Below the pieces are notes generated by a model that saw nothing but the letters and a program-made list of their open reading frames with translations, was not told the origin of the DNA and did not search any database. The position numbers and the translations under genes are program-made. DNA of 64,000 nt from Klebsormidium nitens (Eukaryota; Plantae; Klebsormidiophyceae): contig DF237359.1 of assembly GCA_000708835.1 (NCBI GenBank), positions 19,202 to 83,201 on the forward strand, read 5' to 3'. Shown here in pieces: positions 32,323 to 45,200 of the stretch (within the stretch, counting starts at the first letter, position 1; each line of letters opens with the position of its first letter).

Positions 32323-33001
32323 GCTTTTAGTGCAAGGAGAAACTTCTGCAGGGGCAATTGCCTGGACTTGGAAAGGTCGTCCGCCTCTTCCTTCCTTGTG
32401 CAGAAGACGATCTGCAAATTCTGGAACTTCGAAGAAAGGCTCTGCTACTGCTAGCAGCCACTAGCAGCTTCCTGCCGAGGCGGCGAATTTGCGACCGATG
32501 TTCAACTTTGACAGTCGCCGCACAAGAACAGAAAACCACTCGCGGCCGCGATCACATTTCCAGCGGCCGCGGCGGCTGCCTGGAGGGCGGGCGGCGCCGT
32601 CGCGCCCCGACGGTATGCAGCGCGCGCGGGGACGTACTCTAGTACAGTTACTACCTTTACTACGGTAGCTCCTCATGCATGCTTTTGATCTCCTCCCATC
32701 TCCTCTACAAAGTTATGCAGTGCTGTATCCTAGTGTATCCTAGTCCTACTCACAATGTGAATCTTGGGGAGGCGCCAGGTTTGCCAGTGCTTTTTCAAGT
32801 CTTTGCGGGCCGCTAACTTCAGGAGCACAATGGCATAATGGCACGTTCTTTTTCTCCTTGTACCGAAGCGTGCCTTTCAGATGCAGGTGTACTTTCAATG
32901 TGCGCCAAGTGCCTCTGACGCCCCAAGAGAAAGCAGACTCGGATGCTCGATTCGCCTGCCTCGTCCTCCTTCGATCCTGAAGACCCGGCTGCCTGACAGG
33001 C

Positions 33002-34025
33002 ATGCATTCAGTGGACATTGTTGATCGCTTGCTGGCACTAAAGGACTTTACGCTTGTGTTCCGCATGGCAACACAATGCGGCGAGACTGGAGGGGTCCAC
33101 CGTGGTGTCGGGGCAGCCACGTTCGTGCTAGCTGAATATGGGTTTCTCACTGTGGCTGCAGATGAGCTCAAGGTCGCGGCAGGGGCCCCGTGGGGGTCCC
33201 CATGGATACTGCTTCCCATCCTGATCGCGTCATCCGGTGCAAGCACTAAAGCACGGACGGAGGTAGCAGTGAAGCTGAATCGTGCTTGTGTTACTCTTGA
33301 TGCCCTTCCCTCAGTGGCCCGAGATACCAGACTCGTTCGCTACATGCTAAGGGAGGGACCGGATAATCCCAACAACCCAACAAGGACCTATATGAGGCAG
33401 CAGACAGCCTGGGGTTTCGGAGGGGCTTGCAGTCCGCGAGCTGATAGTACAGCTGCTATTGGGCCTGACGTCCTTCTCTGAAAAGTTTGGAACGCAGCTC
33501 TCGGCCAAGACTCCAAGTTCATGTGCCGGATCATTTCATGTGCACCAATGATTGAGTCCTTTAAGGAAACAGAGGTCTTTGAGAGCCCCTTCTCCTGGTT
33601 ACGAACTTGGCATCCAGGGTGCAACCATCAGATGTCTGGCCAAACATGGTCGAGCTCATTGCCAAGGTTGTACTGGAATCTAAGAATAAGGCGCACATTG
33701 TCCTCATATGCAGCAGGGTAGGTTTCGAGTTAACGAAGTCTTGGGTATCGAAGGCACACAGTTGCCCGAGTCTGCCCTCTTTCAATCGGCCGTGCTCGCT
33801 TTTGCAGTCTGTGAAGCTGAGTCTCTCGCCGAGGCCCTGTTTGCACGGCAGTTTGGATTTGAGGTATCATACTTTTACTGGGTAAATGATGATGATATCC
33901 GCAACAGCCTTCACCAGCTGCACAATGCTCCGGTTGAGGGCACCCGACTTACCATCCATAATGCATGCCGCATCGTCGCCCCTCAATCTGATCCTTGGGA
34001 TTCAATTGTAAACGTACAGGGATGA
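33002..34025 (+). pseudogene. Coding-like region broken into several frames (hypothetical gene or pseudogene) divergent from the PDI gene
   Basis: Consecutive ORFs in different frames have protein-like composition: 33002-33481, 33607-33885 (...LIAKVVLESKNKAHIVLICSR) and 33708-34025 (...LFARQFGFEVSYFYWVNDDDIRNSL...). No family recognised. Short introns cannot be excluded. Confidence 0.4.
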
Positions 34026-34349
34026 CGACTACAAAGTCAAATCACTTGCGCCAGTTTCCTTAATTTTGAATGGTTCGACAGGTTCCGCGGCAGCGGCCTT
34101 CTGAAACACGTGTGCTCCACGTCTGTCCAGACTAGACTAGCTTCTACATAAGATACGCTCTGACCACTGGCTCATTACCGTCACCACGTTCGCCCAATCT
34201 ACGACTACACACGACTCCCTTGATCGACATGGTGGCTGCTGATCTCGCGCGTGAGTGCACAACAAACGTATGGAGTGCCCCGCCTAGCTACACCAACCTT
34301 GCATGGATTTGTGCTTGTGGGTCTTCATTGACGTCATTGCAAGCAACCT

Positions 34350-37300
34350 CTACTGCATTGGCATCCCGTATCCAGCTTGCTGAGGGACAGGGAGGACACC
34401 GTAAGCGCCACCGCCTCCACCGCCTCCACCGCGTCCACGCCCGCCATATCCACCTCTGCCTCGACCTGGAAGAAAGAGTCGTGAGCCATAGCAACGAGGT
34501 ACGGCGGATACCTATTGTGGTCAGCAATTTGAACGAGAGTAGTCCGCTTGGGCACGACAGTTCAAGGCCTTCTGTTTAGAACCACTGGGTGGGTTTTGAC
34601 ACAAGAGGGAGGATACAAAGCTTGCAGTCGCTGGAAAGAGCCCTTGGCGTTATCAGCCGTCACGTCCGAAGACGATCCTCAGCCCAACGGCACACGTGGC
34701 GAGAAGAAAAAGTCCGCCATCACGTCGTCAGACGATCCTAGGCTGACCCATCGCAAAACACTTGATATGGAAGCGACGCTCAACATGCGGATCCACGGTC
34801 TTTGCTTCTGGTTGGGCTTGCATATACTCGCCAATACCGCCGAGATTTCTCTAACAGCTAAGCGGAAGGAGACTCGATGGAAGGAAACGTTACTGATCCA
34901 GTGAAAGACTCCAATCAGCAACCAAATAGCCGTTTCAAAATCCCTGTCCCAGTGACAGGCCCTCCGCTTAGGCGATCTCTGAAAGAAGGATTAGCAGAAG
35001 CCATCCTTTTACCTCTCCTGAGAGCACCCTCGGCGCCTTGGTCAAAGCCCGCCCCGCGGCCTCTGCCTCTACCTCTGCCAAAACCTGTGAGCATCAAAAG
35101 TCTTATTGCGGCGAAAAACGGTTCCAAAAGCGATAGGGTTCTAGTTTTGTCGAAGGGCAGATCAAAGCAGCACTGAACCCCACTTCCTGCAACTGAAGTA
35201 AGCAGTAGCTTCTTTTTTACGATACCGCTCTTGTTGTGCAGCCTTCTAGTAGACGCAAACACGGCGGCGGGCCACAGAACTGTGTCCTTTCTATTTGGAG
35301 GAACAATAGTCGTCCGGCAGGCACTGAAGTCTTCAACAACAGAATCTGCAAGCATGCCTCATGTGGACTCCTTCCACGGGAAGCTTCAACAAACCGATGA
35401 GAGGAGCGACGGATAACTGAGGACAGCTTACTTTCAACCAGACAATGATTACCGAGCAGAGCGTAGAGTTCCACGATTTTCCTAGTCACTCGTCCGCCCA
35501 TCTTTGACGCAGGAAAAGTCAGCATGGCAACGATCCAAAGCTATGCACGTCCCTTGAAGGTGATAACATGGAAGGTAAGAGTGCGAATGCGAAAAACACG
35601 AGCTTCCAAGTTAGCAAGGACCACATGAAAGGTTCCATATTATTTTAGCAGCACTGTACTAACACGACAGCAAGACGTGCGAAATGCATTTCAGAAACCA
35701 CGTCTTCCAGAACGAACCACAGATCAGCAATGACTGGCTCTGAAAATCCAAGGAACGCATGCGAACTCCTTACCCCTGCCCCTCCCGCGGTAGCCTCCTT
35801 CTTGGTTATACATGCCCTCGCCTCCATACCCTCCCTGCGGCATCATGTAAACCCCCCCTCCGTTCTGTGGGTCCATGTACTGAGGCTGACCCCCGTAGCC
35901 GTCGAAACCCCGTCCGCGGCCGCCCCCCCGGCCGCGACCCCGTCCCCGACCGCGCCCCCGGCCACGCCCGCGCGTTGCGCCCTCCTCGCCGTCTTGGACG
36001 TAACCCTCGGCCTGGTTTTCGCCGCCACCATTACCTGCAGAGCGGTGGACGAGATGTTGAACCAGTTTGTGAAGGGGAGATGGCAGTCTTGCAAATACCT
36101 GGTATTTGCCGCCGCCATATTCTGCAGAGCGGTGGACGGAATGTTGAAACAGTTCGTAAAAGGGGGACCGCAGTCTTGCACGTGACTCTCGGCTTGGTTT
36201 TCGCCGCCGCCGTTGCCTGCAGAGCGGAGGACAAGATGTTGAAAGGAGGGAATAATACTGGACCTGAGTCTCGTTGCCGGCGTAGCGACAAGTGGTCGAG
36301 GAAACGACTCCCCTTCAAACGGAGAGGAAGTTTGGAAACAACCAAATGGAGGGGACGGCTTTGACCGAAGTTGGGATCTCGGCACAACCTTCGCCGCCGC
36401 TGCCAGCGCCGGGATCAGTAAAAACATCAACCACACGCGTAAAGAATGAATCAAACCAAGAAGGAACGAGCTAAAAGCAGATTGCCAAAGAAAACAAATG
36501 GTTAGAGAAAGACCGTGTCTCCGGCAGCATATTGCCAAGGCAACGGGTAATTTGTTGAATGTTGTCTAAGGAGGAAGAAGGCGCAGTAGTGAGAGCAAAC
36601 AACATATCTAGTATATAGGGAACTTCGAAGAGAAAAAGTACACGAAGAAAGCAAAATTTGGAGAAAGCCGGAGGCCCTCAGCCTGAACTTCGCCTTTGCA
36701 GAGAAGTCAAAAGAAGCGCAGAAAGATGCGAAGACTTGAGGTACACGAAACGGTATGATAGTGATTTGAGTCACCTTCAAACAAAGCAAAGAACTTCACA
36801 AGCTAACGGACGCCGTCAAACTCGCTGCAAAACAGTGCTCAAAATCATTAGTGATGCCTTCCTTTCGAAAATCACGTCAGTTCGTCGCAGATACAGAACC
36901 GTCTAGTCAGTTCGTCCCAGAAACGGAAGATTTATTCAAAGAACGGTCGCTGACGTGAGGAGCTTGGAACTTTTATCCACTGGAAAAAAGGCGGTCCTAA
37001 AAGCGGAAGCAGCTCACCTCCCCTGCCTCCCCGGCCCCTTCCGCGCCCACGTCCTCTGCCACGTGGCTTGCCCTCGTCGTCTGAAAGAAACGACGTCAAC
37101 TCGTTAGCAGGAGCGTCAGAAAATGGCAGAGGGAGCACCTTCAGGTCTTCCAGATTCAGCACGTGAAGCGATAAAGGCCACTGACTGACGACGGTCAATC
37201 TCAAGGCAAGACGTATGGATCTAGAGGTACGGAAGTGCGTCTACTGCATAATATAGATGGCAACCGAAACGCTTCACAGGGCTCGGCAAGCAATATCGAG

Positions 37301-40300
37301 GGGCTATATGAATACCACTCGTTCACACCGTGCTGACGCTCGGACGAGAGAGGAATGTGCAGATCGCTGACAAGAATCCATCGTACCTGAGTTCATGTCG
37401 GCTTCGTTCCAGGGCTTCACTTGGTCGGCTGGAAGCGGTGCCTGGTACCTGCAACCGGGAAGGTGGGTAACAGTCAACTTCAACCCTTCCAACATGCTAA
37501 GGAACGGATATTAGAAGGAAAGGATACGTTTTGAAAGGGTTCCGAAACCCTTGTGAAGCGCCACAGGTGCTGATGGATGGAGGCAGAATGGACCGCCAAA
37601 TTGAAGATTGTGTCTGTTGAGGGATTTCTTTATGTAATTTCCACGTGTTTGCATTCCGAAATAGCTGTTATTAAAACGTAAAAGAGGAGGATCCGTCCGA
37701 TGAGATTACCGAAAGACTTTAGTTCATAACGGCCCTTCGACGCTGCAAACATAAGCCCTTCTTTCTCCAGTCAGAGAGTCTCTATCGTCGGAACCAAGCG
37801 GCTAAAGCCTGGGCATAATGGCAGCTCAGAGTTGAAAGAGCTTGAACTTTCGACAAGTGAAATGAACGAACTTGTTCCAATTCTCCACGAACCGCACAAA
37901 GTGCTTCGAGGAATGGCCCATAACTAAACCTACGCTCCTCGCTTGCCGACTGAGAGATGACTTTCTTCGCAACAGCGAAGCGGTAAGCGGTTCGGAGTTA
38001 GAGTCTTGAGAAAAAATGGAGGGAAGAGATGATGAGCCATTTTGAAAGAGCAGCTTTGAAGGAAAGTTTAAAACCACTGGGGCGGATGAGGCACCCTGTT
38101 TCGATAGGAAAGACACTCGGGGGTGAGCAGCACGATCCGCGTTTCCGCCAAAAACATGAGCCGCTTCGGAGGAGTGGATTCTAGGACGGAAAAACAAAAA
38201 GGAATGCGGTCTTTTGTAGGAAAAATCGGATTACAGCTGCGACCTCACCCTGTGGTCGTCGTATCCAGCTCCTTGGTCGACAGCGTGATGGTGATCATCG
38301 AAACGTGGCGGGTCGTCTCGATCCTGCAGGCCATGTGTGCGCACAGTGATCAGATCTGTTTCTTCCGGACTCGCTGACGTCAGCCTGACGCCATGACGTC
38401 TGACTCTTTAGGAGCTTTTCGATCCAGACGGCAAGTGGTTTCAATTGGTTTTGTCCAATTTGGAATCCGCAGGGCTTGAGCGACGGAGCAGGACAAGGCA
38501 GTAGGAAAGAGGCAGTGCGCCTTCGCTTCTTGAATCGGTGTCTGGACGGTGGTTGTCCTGGGAGTAGAATCATGGACGCGCGCCATTTGTGCAAGGGGCC
38601 AACTTCTTAGATTCAGATCGTCCAGAACAGCAGGTCACGGAATATTATGCGTCGGACAGAAATTGACAGCATATGACCACTGAGCTTGCTTGAGAGCAAC
38701 AGCGTAACATCCTCGAATGACTTAATACGACTTAAAGCAGAATTGGGTCAATCGAAAACATAACATCGTTTTCCATGTTCATTCCCGATTGAGGTGTCTG
38801 AGTAGTGACATTTTCAAATTTGAAGAGTGAGGGCAGCAATCGAGTTTCGATTATTTGGATCAGTAAACAGGATATAACCATGGCTAAGAAGCTGTAGGAA
38901 AAGTCATTGAGCAGACAAACTCACGGCTGCAAGCCCTCCTCCAACGGCTGCCACGTGTCTGTGATGTCGGTGGAGCCGATGGCGGTGTTTTGGTGCAGAC
39001 CAACGATACGCCTCTGCAATTGATGCAATGAACGATGATGTTGTAAGGGGGGAGGAATACTCCAATTCAGTGGAAGGGCATACGGAAAACATGCTCGTAT
39101 CCAACCGACCAACTGTGCCCTGAGCCGCACTTCACCAAAAACCTGACACCAAAAGACTCTATGGATAGGAATAGCAAAAAGGAGATCAACCAAACATTTC
39201 GTCGTTCTAGATGCATCCCTTGTAAGATACTTCAAATCGTGGTCAGAGTGCGGATGCGCTGGAAAACTAGCTACACGGAAAGTTCGCTCAAAGTTTGGGG
39301 GGCACGGTAGCATGCCAGGCATAATGGCGTGGAAGTTATGCTGCTGTGTTTGTTCAAAAAAGGCAATTTACAACCGACGTTACAGCGACACTCGATCAAA
39401 ACTGTCAAAGAGCATCACTCAAGATTTCAACTTCAGATTGGCCCTCGGCCTTGCCTTTCTGAGCACAGTCAATCCGGAAGCCAGATCATTCTCGGGTAAG
39501 CTGTTACCTTCAGCTTGACGCATCAGCAAAACGACCCGCTAGACCATTGAACAAACCGTCCATTACACAGCCTCCATCTCAAGACACGTCACCAACAGTG
39601 TCCTGAACCATGCAAGAACCTCGTTGCAGAAGCCCTCCGTGTAAGTGAGCAACTTCACCACATCGGACCATCTTTCTTGACAGAGCAGGAGGGCATTCAC
39701 CGGAGTCTGGAAAATTTGCTGCCTACCTTCAAGATCTCAGCAATTGTCACGGTCTTGTTGATGGCACGGCCCATGGCCTTAAGGACGATCTCGCTGGCTC
39801 CTTTCTCCTGCAAGCAGTGCACACCGGATCAGATTCCATTCCAAAAGCCTAATCATTGCTGCACATGGCCATCTTCAATGTTTGTTCTCGACTCTTCAGA
39901 GTGCGGGTCAGACTCCGAGACCGTCAGCACAGCGAAGAGGAGAGCATCCACAAGGACAACGGAAGCACCGTGAGGCAGAAGCACAAGCTTCATACGTTGA
40001 GAAATCAAGCCTCCAGAGAATGTATCGCAGAGAGGTTGGCAGAAAGGGTGACTTGTAGACATTTTGAGACGCTAGAACTTGCAACCGGGCTTGTCCACAC
40101 CAGCGGGAAGATTAAAGAGCAGCATCTTACAGGTAAATAAAAAACTGGCAACATTATATTTTTGTCCAGATCTGAAGGTGGTTTCGACATCAGCTTCCAA
40201 AGAACTCGTCGCGCCAAGAGTGGTGCACAGAGCTCAAGCGAGTCTGATGAGCAGCAACTGCCGTCTGTCACAGTCCTCAATCGTTATGAACAACGTCACC

Positions 40301-41246
40301 TGCGGCTTGGACGACAGGATCACTTGCAAAACACCTTACCATCCGTGCTACAGATTCTCAAGTTTCAGCAGCAATGTTTCCGTGGCCCCAAGCATCTCCA
40401 GGGTCTGGAATGAGTCTTGGGGTAGCATTGACTACGCAGCAAACAATGCGACGCCGCAACACAACATATTTTTCAGGACACGAAGGCCTCAGCAACCTTC
40501 AGCAGAGATCTAGCAGACTCTTGCTGAAGGCAGGCCCACCCTGAACAAACACACTCACTGGATCACGGAACACTATAAGAGAAATGAGATTGCACTTCTG
40601 CAACAGCGAATCCTATAAAAATCTTCAAGAGCGCAGAAGCTCAAGGAAGCGTGCTGTCTGTTTCCATTACCGAGCATGTCAATGCAATGGAGCTCTCTGA
40701 ACATGCTGTCAACAGAAGTAGGATCATAGCGGAACATGATTGCATCAGAGTGTATGTATTTGGACACGTGTCTTGAGCCGTGCTTATCAATATCCGGGAT
40801 CAAGGCACATTCAATGTATCAGCATTCTTCAGCTTTGGAACGGACACCATTTCATCGACGTAGAACAAGTTTCTACGATGTTCAGGGCCAAACACTGTCT
40901 GATGGTCTTTCGGCAAGTGCCATTGAAGAGAGAGTGGTGCCACATAAAAGAATAGTGATCATATAATACATTGCACCAAGCAGCACATAATAGCCCCGAC
41001 AAACTCGCCAGGACTAGTGCCGACCTCCGAACTTGTAGACCAATGAAAACTGCAGGCTCCTCCCTAAGGCTACAGTCAACCAATAAAATAAAACTGTTGG
41101 CATTGCGGAAACAAAGGGCTCACCTGGAGCATGGTCAAACTGTACGTGATGTAGTTGCGAAGCTTCCCCTGCGTGGTGATCCTGATCTCATTCTCCTTAA
41201 TCGGTTCCTCTACCCGTGGCTTCTCCACTCTCTGATAACGATCCAT
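34350..41246 (-). CDS. ALBA: Alba DNA/RNA-binding protein (Rpp25-like, plant ALBA4-6 type) with a long C-terminal RGG region, ~310 aa
   Basis: Exons 41124-41246 (MDRYQRVEKPRVEEPIKENEIRITTQGKLRNYITYSLTMLQ), 39727-39807 (EKGASEIVLKAMGRAINKTVTIAEILK), 38925-39013 (RRIVGLHQNTAIGSTDITDTWQPLEEGLQ), 38249-38323 (IETTRHVSMITITLSTKELD), 37387-37448 (YQAPLPADQVK), 37018-37080, 35774-36034, 35028(or 35013)-35084 and 34350-34465 (RGG-rich). Phases are consistent. Confidence 0.93.
36040..36260 (-). repeat. Two intronic tandem copies (~85-bp period) of the acceptor plus start of Alba exon 7
   Basis: The unit 'ttcaacat..gtcc(a/t)ccgctctgcag..atggcggcggc(g/a)aa..cca.gc' is repeated immediately upstream of the real acceptor at 36035. 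Confidence 0.88.
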
Positions 41247-42283
41247 CCCAAGCGCCGGGAACACGGTACTCTAGCGCGGCAGCGTCCAATTAAAGTGGTA
41301 GCAATTCCTGCTGAAAAGCCCTGGTAGCTCGGGTTGCGAGAAGGAACGCTGACCGAGCAGCCCAAGTTCTGAACAAACCCGCCTTCAAATGCCGGAGTCG
41401 GTGTTGAAGACAAACTAGCACAAGCGCATGAGATCAGCAGCCAGGTCTCAGGGAGGAACGCCAAAGTAGACGACTGCTCCCTGTCTGCACCAGACCAAAG
41501 CTGCTGGCGGCACGGCTCTGAAATGGCTCTGGAATGGCAGGGAGAGATAGAGAAAAGAAATTGATTCAAAGGCATTGAGCAAAGCTTGAGCCTTGAGCAG
41601 TGAACAAAGACCAAGTCAAAATGGAGTCAGCGTCAGACTCCCAGAAAGATACCTCAAGAAAAAACCAGTTCTTTACCGTTAGATAAGATCTGGCTTGGTT
41701 TGTACGGTTCGATTCGCTTTCATCCGACGTCATGTGCACGTCATGAGTCGGGACAGCGCAATACTTTTTGCTTTATTGACACAATGTTTGCAACGAAGAC
41801 TCTGGTCAACTTCCTCGGGAGATTTAACCCGCTCCGCAACGATTAAACTCTGCTCAAGGGTATATAACCCGGACCGGTTTGTTTCCATATTCTGCCAAAA
41901 GTTGGTTTATAGATGTTTCGTGTCAAGAAGGAAAATGCGAAGCGCCAAAAAAGGGCACCACGTATTACGTAACCGCCTGAGCAGCAGGCGGCTACAGACG
42001 CGCCCTCAAAAGACTTGAGCGCGCACATGAAATTATTGAGTTTGATGAGCGGCAGCAACTTCAAGTCTTACAATTTGACATGGCGCTTGAACGGCAAGCA
42101 CTGATCGGCCTTCCTTTCTTTGCTGCCACCATTTCCTGGAGGCTTTGTTTGGAATGCTGACATCAACCGAGCACCTCAGGAGCACAGGGAAAAGACATCT
42201 GGGGGCCCCTATCGATTGTTAGTTCTTCACCGGCCGGTGTTCTTTCAAGTATTTCGCAAGGTCAAGCTTCCTAATTGTGCGAC

Positions 42284-45200
42284 ATGGCTTGTAAGTCCTG
42301 CCATGGTCGGGCTCTCGTTTCACAAACAGTGGTACTCGTTCTCTTGTTGCTCCTGAGCGACATCAGCAGTGTGGATGCGAAGAAAAAGAGCTACAAGGGT
42401 ACATACATGGTAAGAGATTTTATTCATTTCAGTTCTGCATCCCACAGAACAGGGGCACAATCCAGCATCAAGATGAAAATGGTGGAGTTTGGCACAAGAG
42501 GGGCCTACATTCTTACATGGCTTCAAACCTGAGTATCTGCTGACTCTCATAAAATTTGCCCGCAAACGGAGAAAGGCGTATGGCATTCTGACCGTTCCAG
42601 AAGCATCAAAAATTTTCCAGTATAGAACTGCACTTGCAGAGACTTGCAGAATGCTGAGATACGAACTCAAGAATGTCAAGATTGTAAAAGGAGGTCTTGG
42701 GAGTGTCTTGGAAGGTGCTCGTAAGATCCATCTCTCTGGGTGGTGGGCTTTTCATTCCAGATCAAAGGTACTTTCTTGGCACTCAGGACTGCTTGTTCCG
42801 ATGCAATCGCTGCTTCACTTCAAGAACGCGACTCTGTTGCCAGACTTTCTGTGGTGGTGAATCTGCTCAACCTCCGGACTGGATGATACATGTTACATAA
42901 AAAGCCGCCAAGCCCTTACATGGACTTTCCACCCCCTTTGACAGGCTTATGAAGCTGCATGAGACCAAAGATTCTACTGTCAGTCAATTTTGCTAAGCCA
43001 ATCCTGCTATGTTTGCCTTTGACCACGCTCAGTTGCTTGTGCCGAGGTTCACTCTGTTTGACATTGGTGAATGATGGACTCTGTATATTTAAATCCTGGG
43101 GGTTAGCTTTAGTAATGGCAAATGCAAGACCCCTTCCAAGCTCGGGCTTTAGCTGATCGCCCTGGGTAAGTGTGCTAATCTAAACGGGGTGGCCTTTGTG
43201 CGTAGGAAAAAGGAGTCCGGCTGTTACGAGATGATTGCGAGCTTTCAATCCAGAGGTGAGCAGCAGAGCAAACATGCCTTGAGAATGTAAGGGTAGGTTG
43301 ACATGTTGACTAAGTCGACTTGGGCTGCAAAAGTACTGGGCAAAGACCTCAAGAAATTGTACTCATGACTCGCAGCTCGAGATACAGCCTCCTGAGTGAA
43401 AATGTAGCAGATCGCAATGGATGCACAGAGTTTCAGTCATGTCTGAGGGTAACTGCAGATCACATGGGAATCAATGACCTGTCCCTCTTGGCAGAACCAC
43501 GGAACCATGACTTAGGAAGGTCGCATCCAAGAACCAGACTTTGACTGACAGTCTGAGGACTGTCTTTTTTGTCTTATCAGCAGAATTCTTTTACTGTCAA
43601 GTTATGGTCCTGTTGGACGCTGGAAGTCGTCCTGGTGGATTCCATAGTAATACAAGGATTCACTTTCATGTATTTATTGCTGGGTAAACCGATCTTACGG
43701 ATCTCGGACTGGACTGCCAAAAGCTGTCTGATTCCACCTTTTGTTAGGTTAGCCATGCCTCGTTAAAGGACCTTTGATTCCAATGATTGCCCTGTTTGGA
43801 AATGAGGATAGACGAAAGAGGCAAGGGGAGTGACACTTCTGGAAGGTCTTGATATACCCGTACTGCCATTCAAAGTCGCCCCCCAAGTCCACGAATAAGT
43901 ATTTTGAAAGTTTTTTCGTTTTCGCAACGGCCAGATCATGCCTGCTAAAAACGTTTTTTGGTCCAAAAATCCTTGTTTTTTCATCTCAACTTTTCGACCA
44001 GGCAGCAAATAATTTCCGGAAATTTTCGACCTGGGGTAAAACAATTGATTTACTATGCGAATTCAAAGTGGCAGTACGGTCGTGACGGGGATTCAAGACA
44101 CATTGACTGGCTGCGCAGCATGACAGGGATGCCGACAACGCAGTTTCTTGTAGATCAGTGCACCTCATGCTGTGATCCAAGAAGGGGCAAAGAAAGAAAG
44201 CCATTATGCCCGCTTTTCTGTGCATCAGCGGGTCGATACTCTGTTAACTTCCACCAGCCATAGACACCCTCTAAGTGGTGTGGTACTGTTGGATGGCTTG
44301 GCAGGCGCCCTTTTCCTGACGCCCCTTCTGTTGTTTCGATCTTTCGTTCTCAGTTTCGCTTTCCCTTCTGGAAATGGTCTTTTCTGACGCTTTGCTCATC
44401 GTATTCTCAGAACCGGGGGCCCCTGCATGACGAGCAGTATCAACAAGGAGAACTGCATACTCCGGTGCATGAACCCGGAGTGTTATGAACAGGTTTACGG
44501 GTTGGACTCGGTGAGTTTGTGACGTGGTCCTTTACCCATGACTCTCAAAGCTTTCGAACTTTCGGATCCCCGAAGGAGACTCAAGAGACAAGGCACCAGA
44601 CATTCAGGGCTGCAATCTGTTGGCGATTCTTTGAGAAAAGCAGAAAGAGAAGGAAGAAGAGAGCATTATGCTCATTTAAAAACAGACTATGTAGAGAAGA
44701 ATATACTGCAGACAGTAATATGCACGAGAAATCTTTCCCCACTGCAGTCATGGTGCTAGACAAGATCCTGTTGCTTTTGCTGCTTACGTTGGATCTCTTC
44801 GGGGTTATATGGTGCCCTCTCATCGGTGGACACATAGTAAGTACAAGTTTAGAACGATGCTTCTAAGTTTCGACGCTGAGTTCCAGGCGTCACTGTTTCG
44901 TTTGTCTGTTTTCTTCGGAACGTAATCTGGTTTGTTTTTCAACTCGTACTCCTCCTCTGACCGCTGGACGGAGGGCTAAAGAGCCAGGCCGTTTTCTGAG
45001 AGCCGTGCATATGCAAAGCCGACCGGGGTCCGTAAGTATTCAACTCTAATCCTTCTGAGCAGCAGCTTACGCTTTCTTTTCCGGTCTGCAGTTGGAGGAG
45101 GGGGAGGTCGATGCGAGGCGTGGCAAGGACTTCAGAATGTGCGTTCGGAAGTGAGTAACTTTATTTTCACCCAACGTTTCGTACATTTGTGCAAATGACT

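Noticed and set aside
35759-36538. 201-aa (+) and 231-aa (-) ORFs
   Set aside because: Alternative frames over the GC-rich RGG exon of Alba and its intronic echoes.
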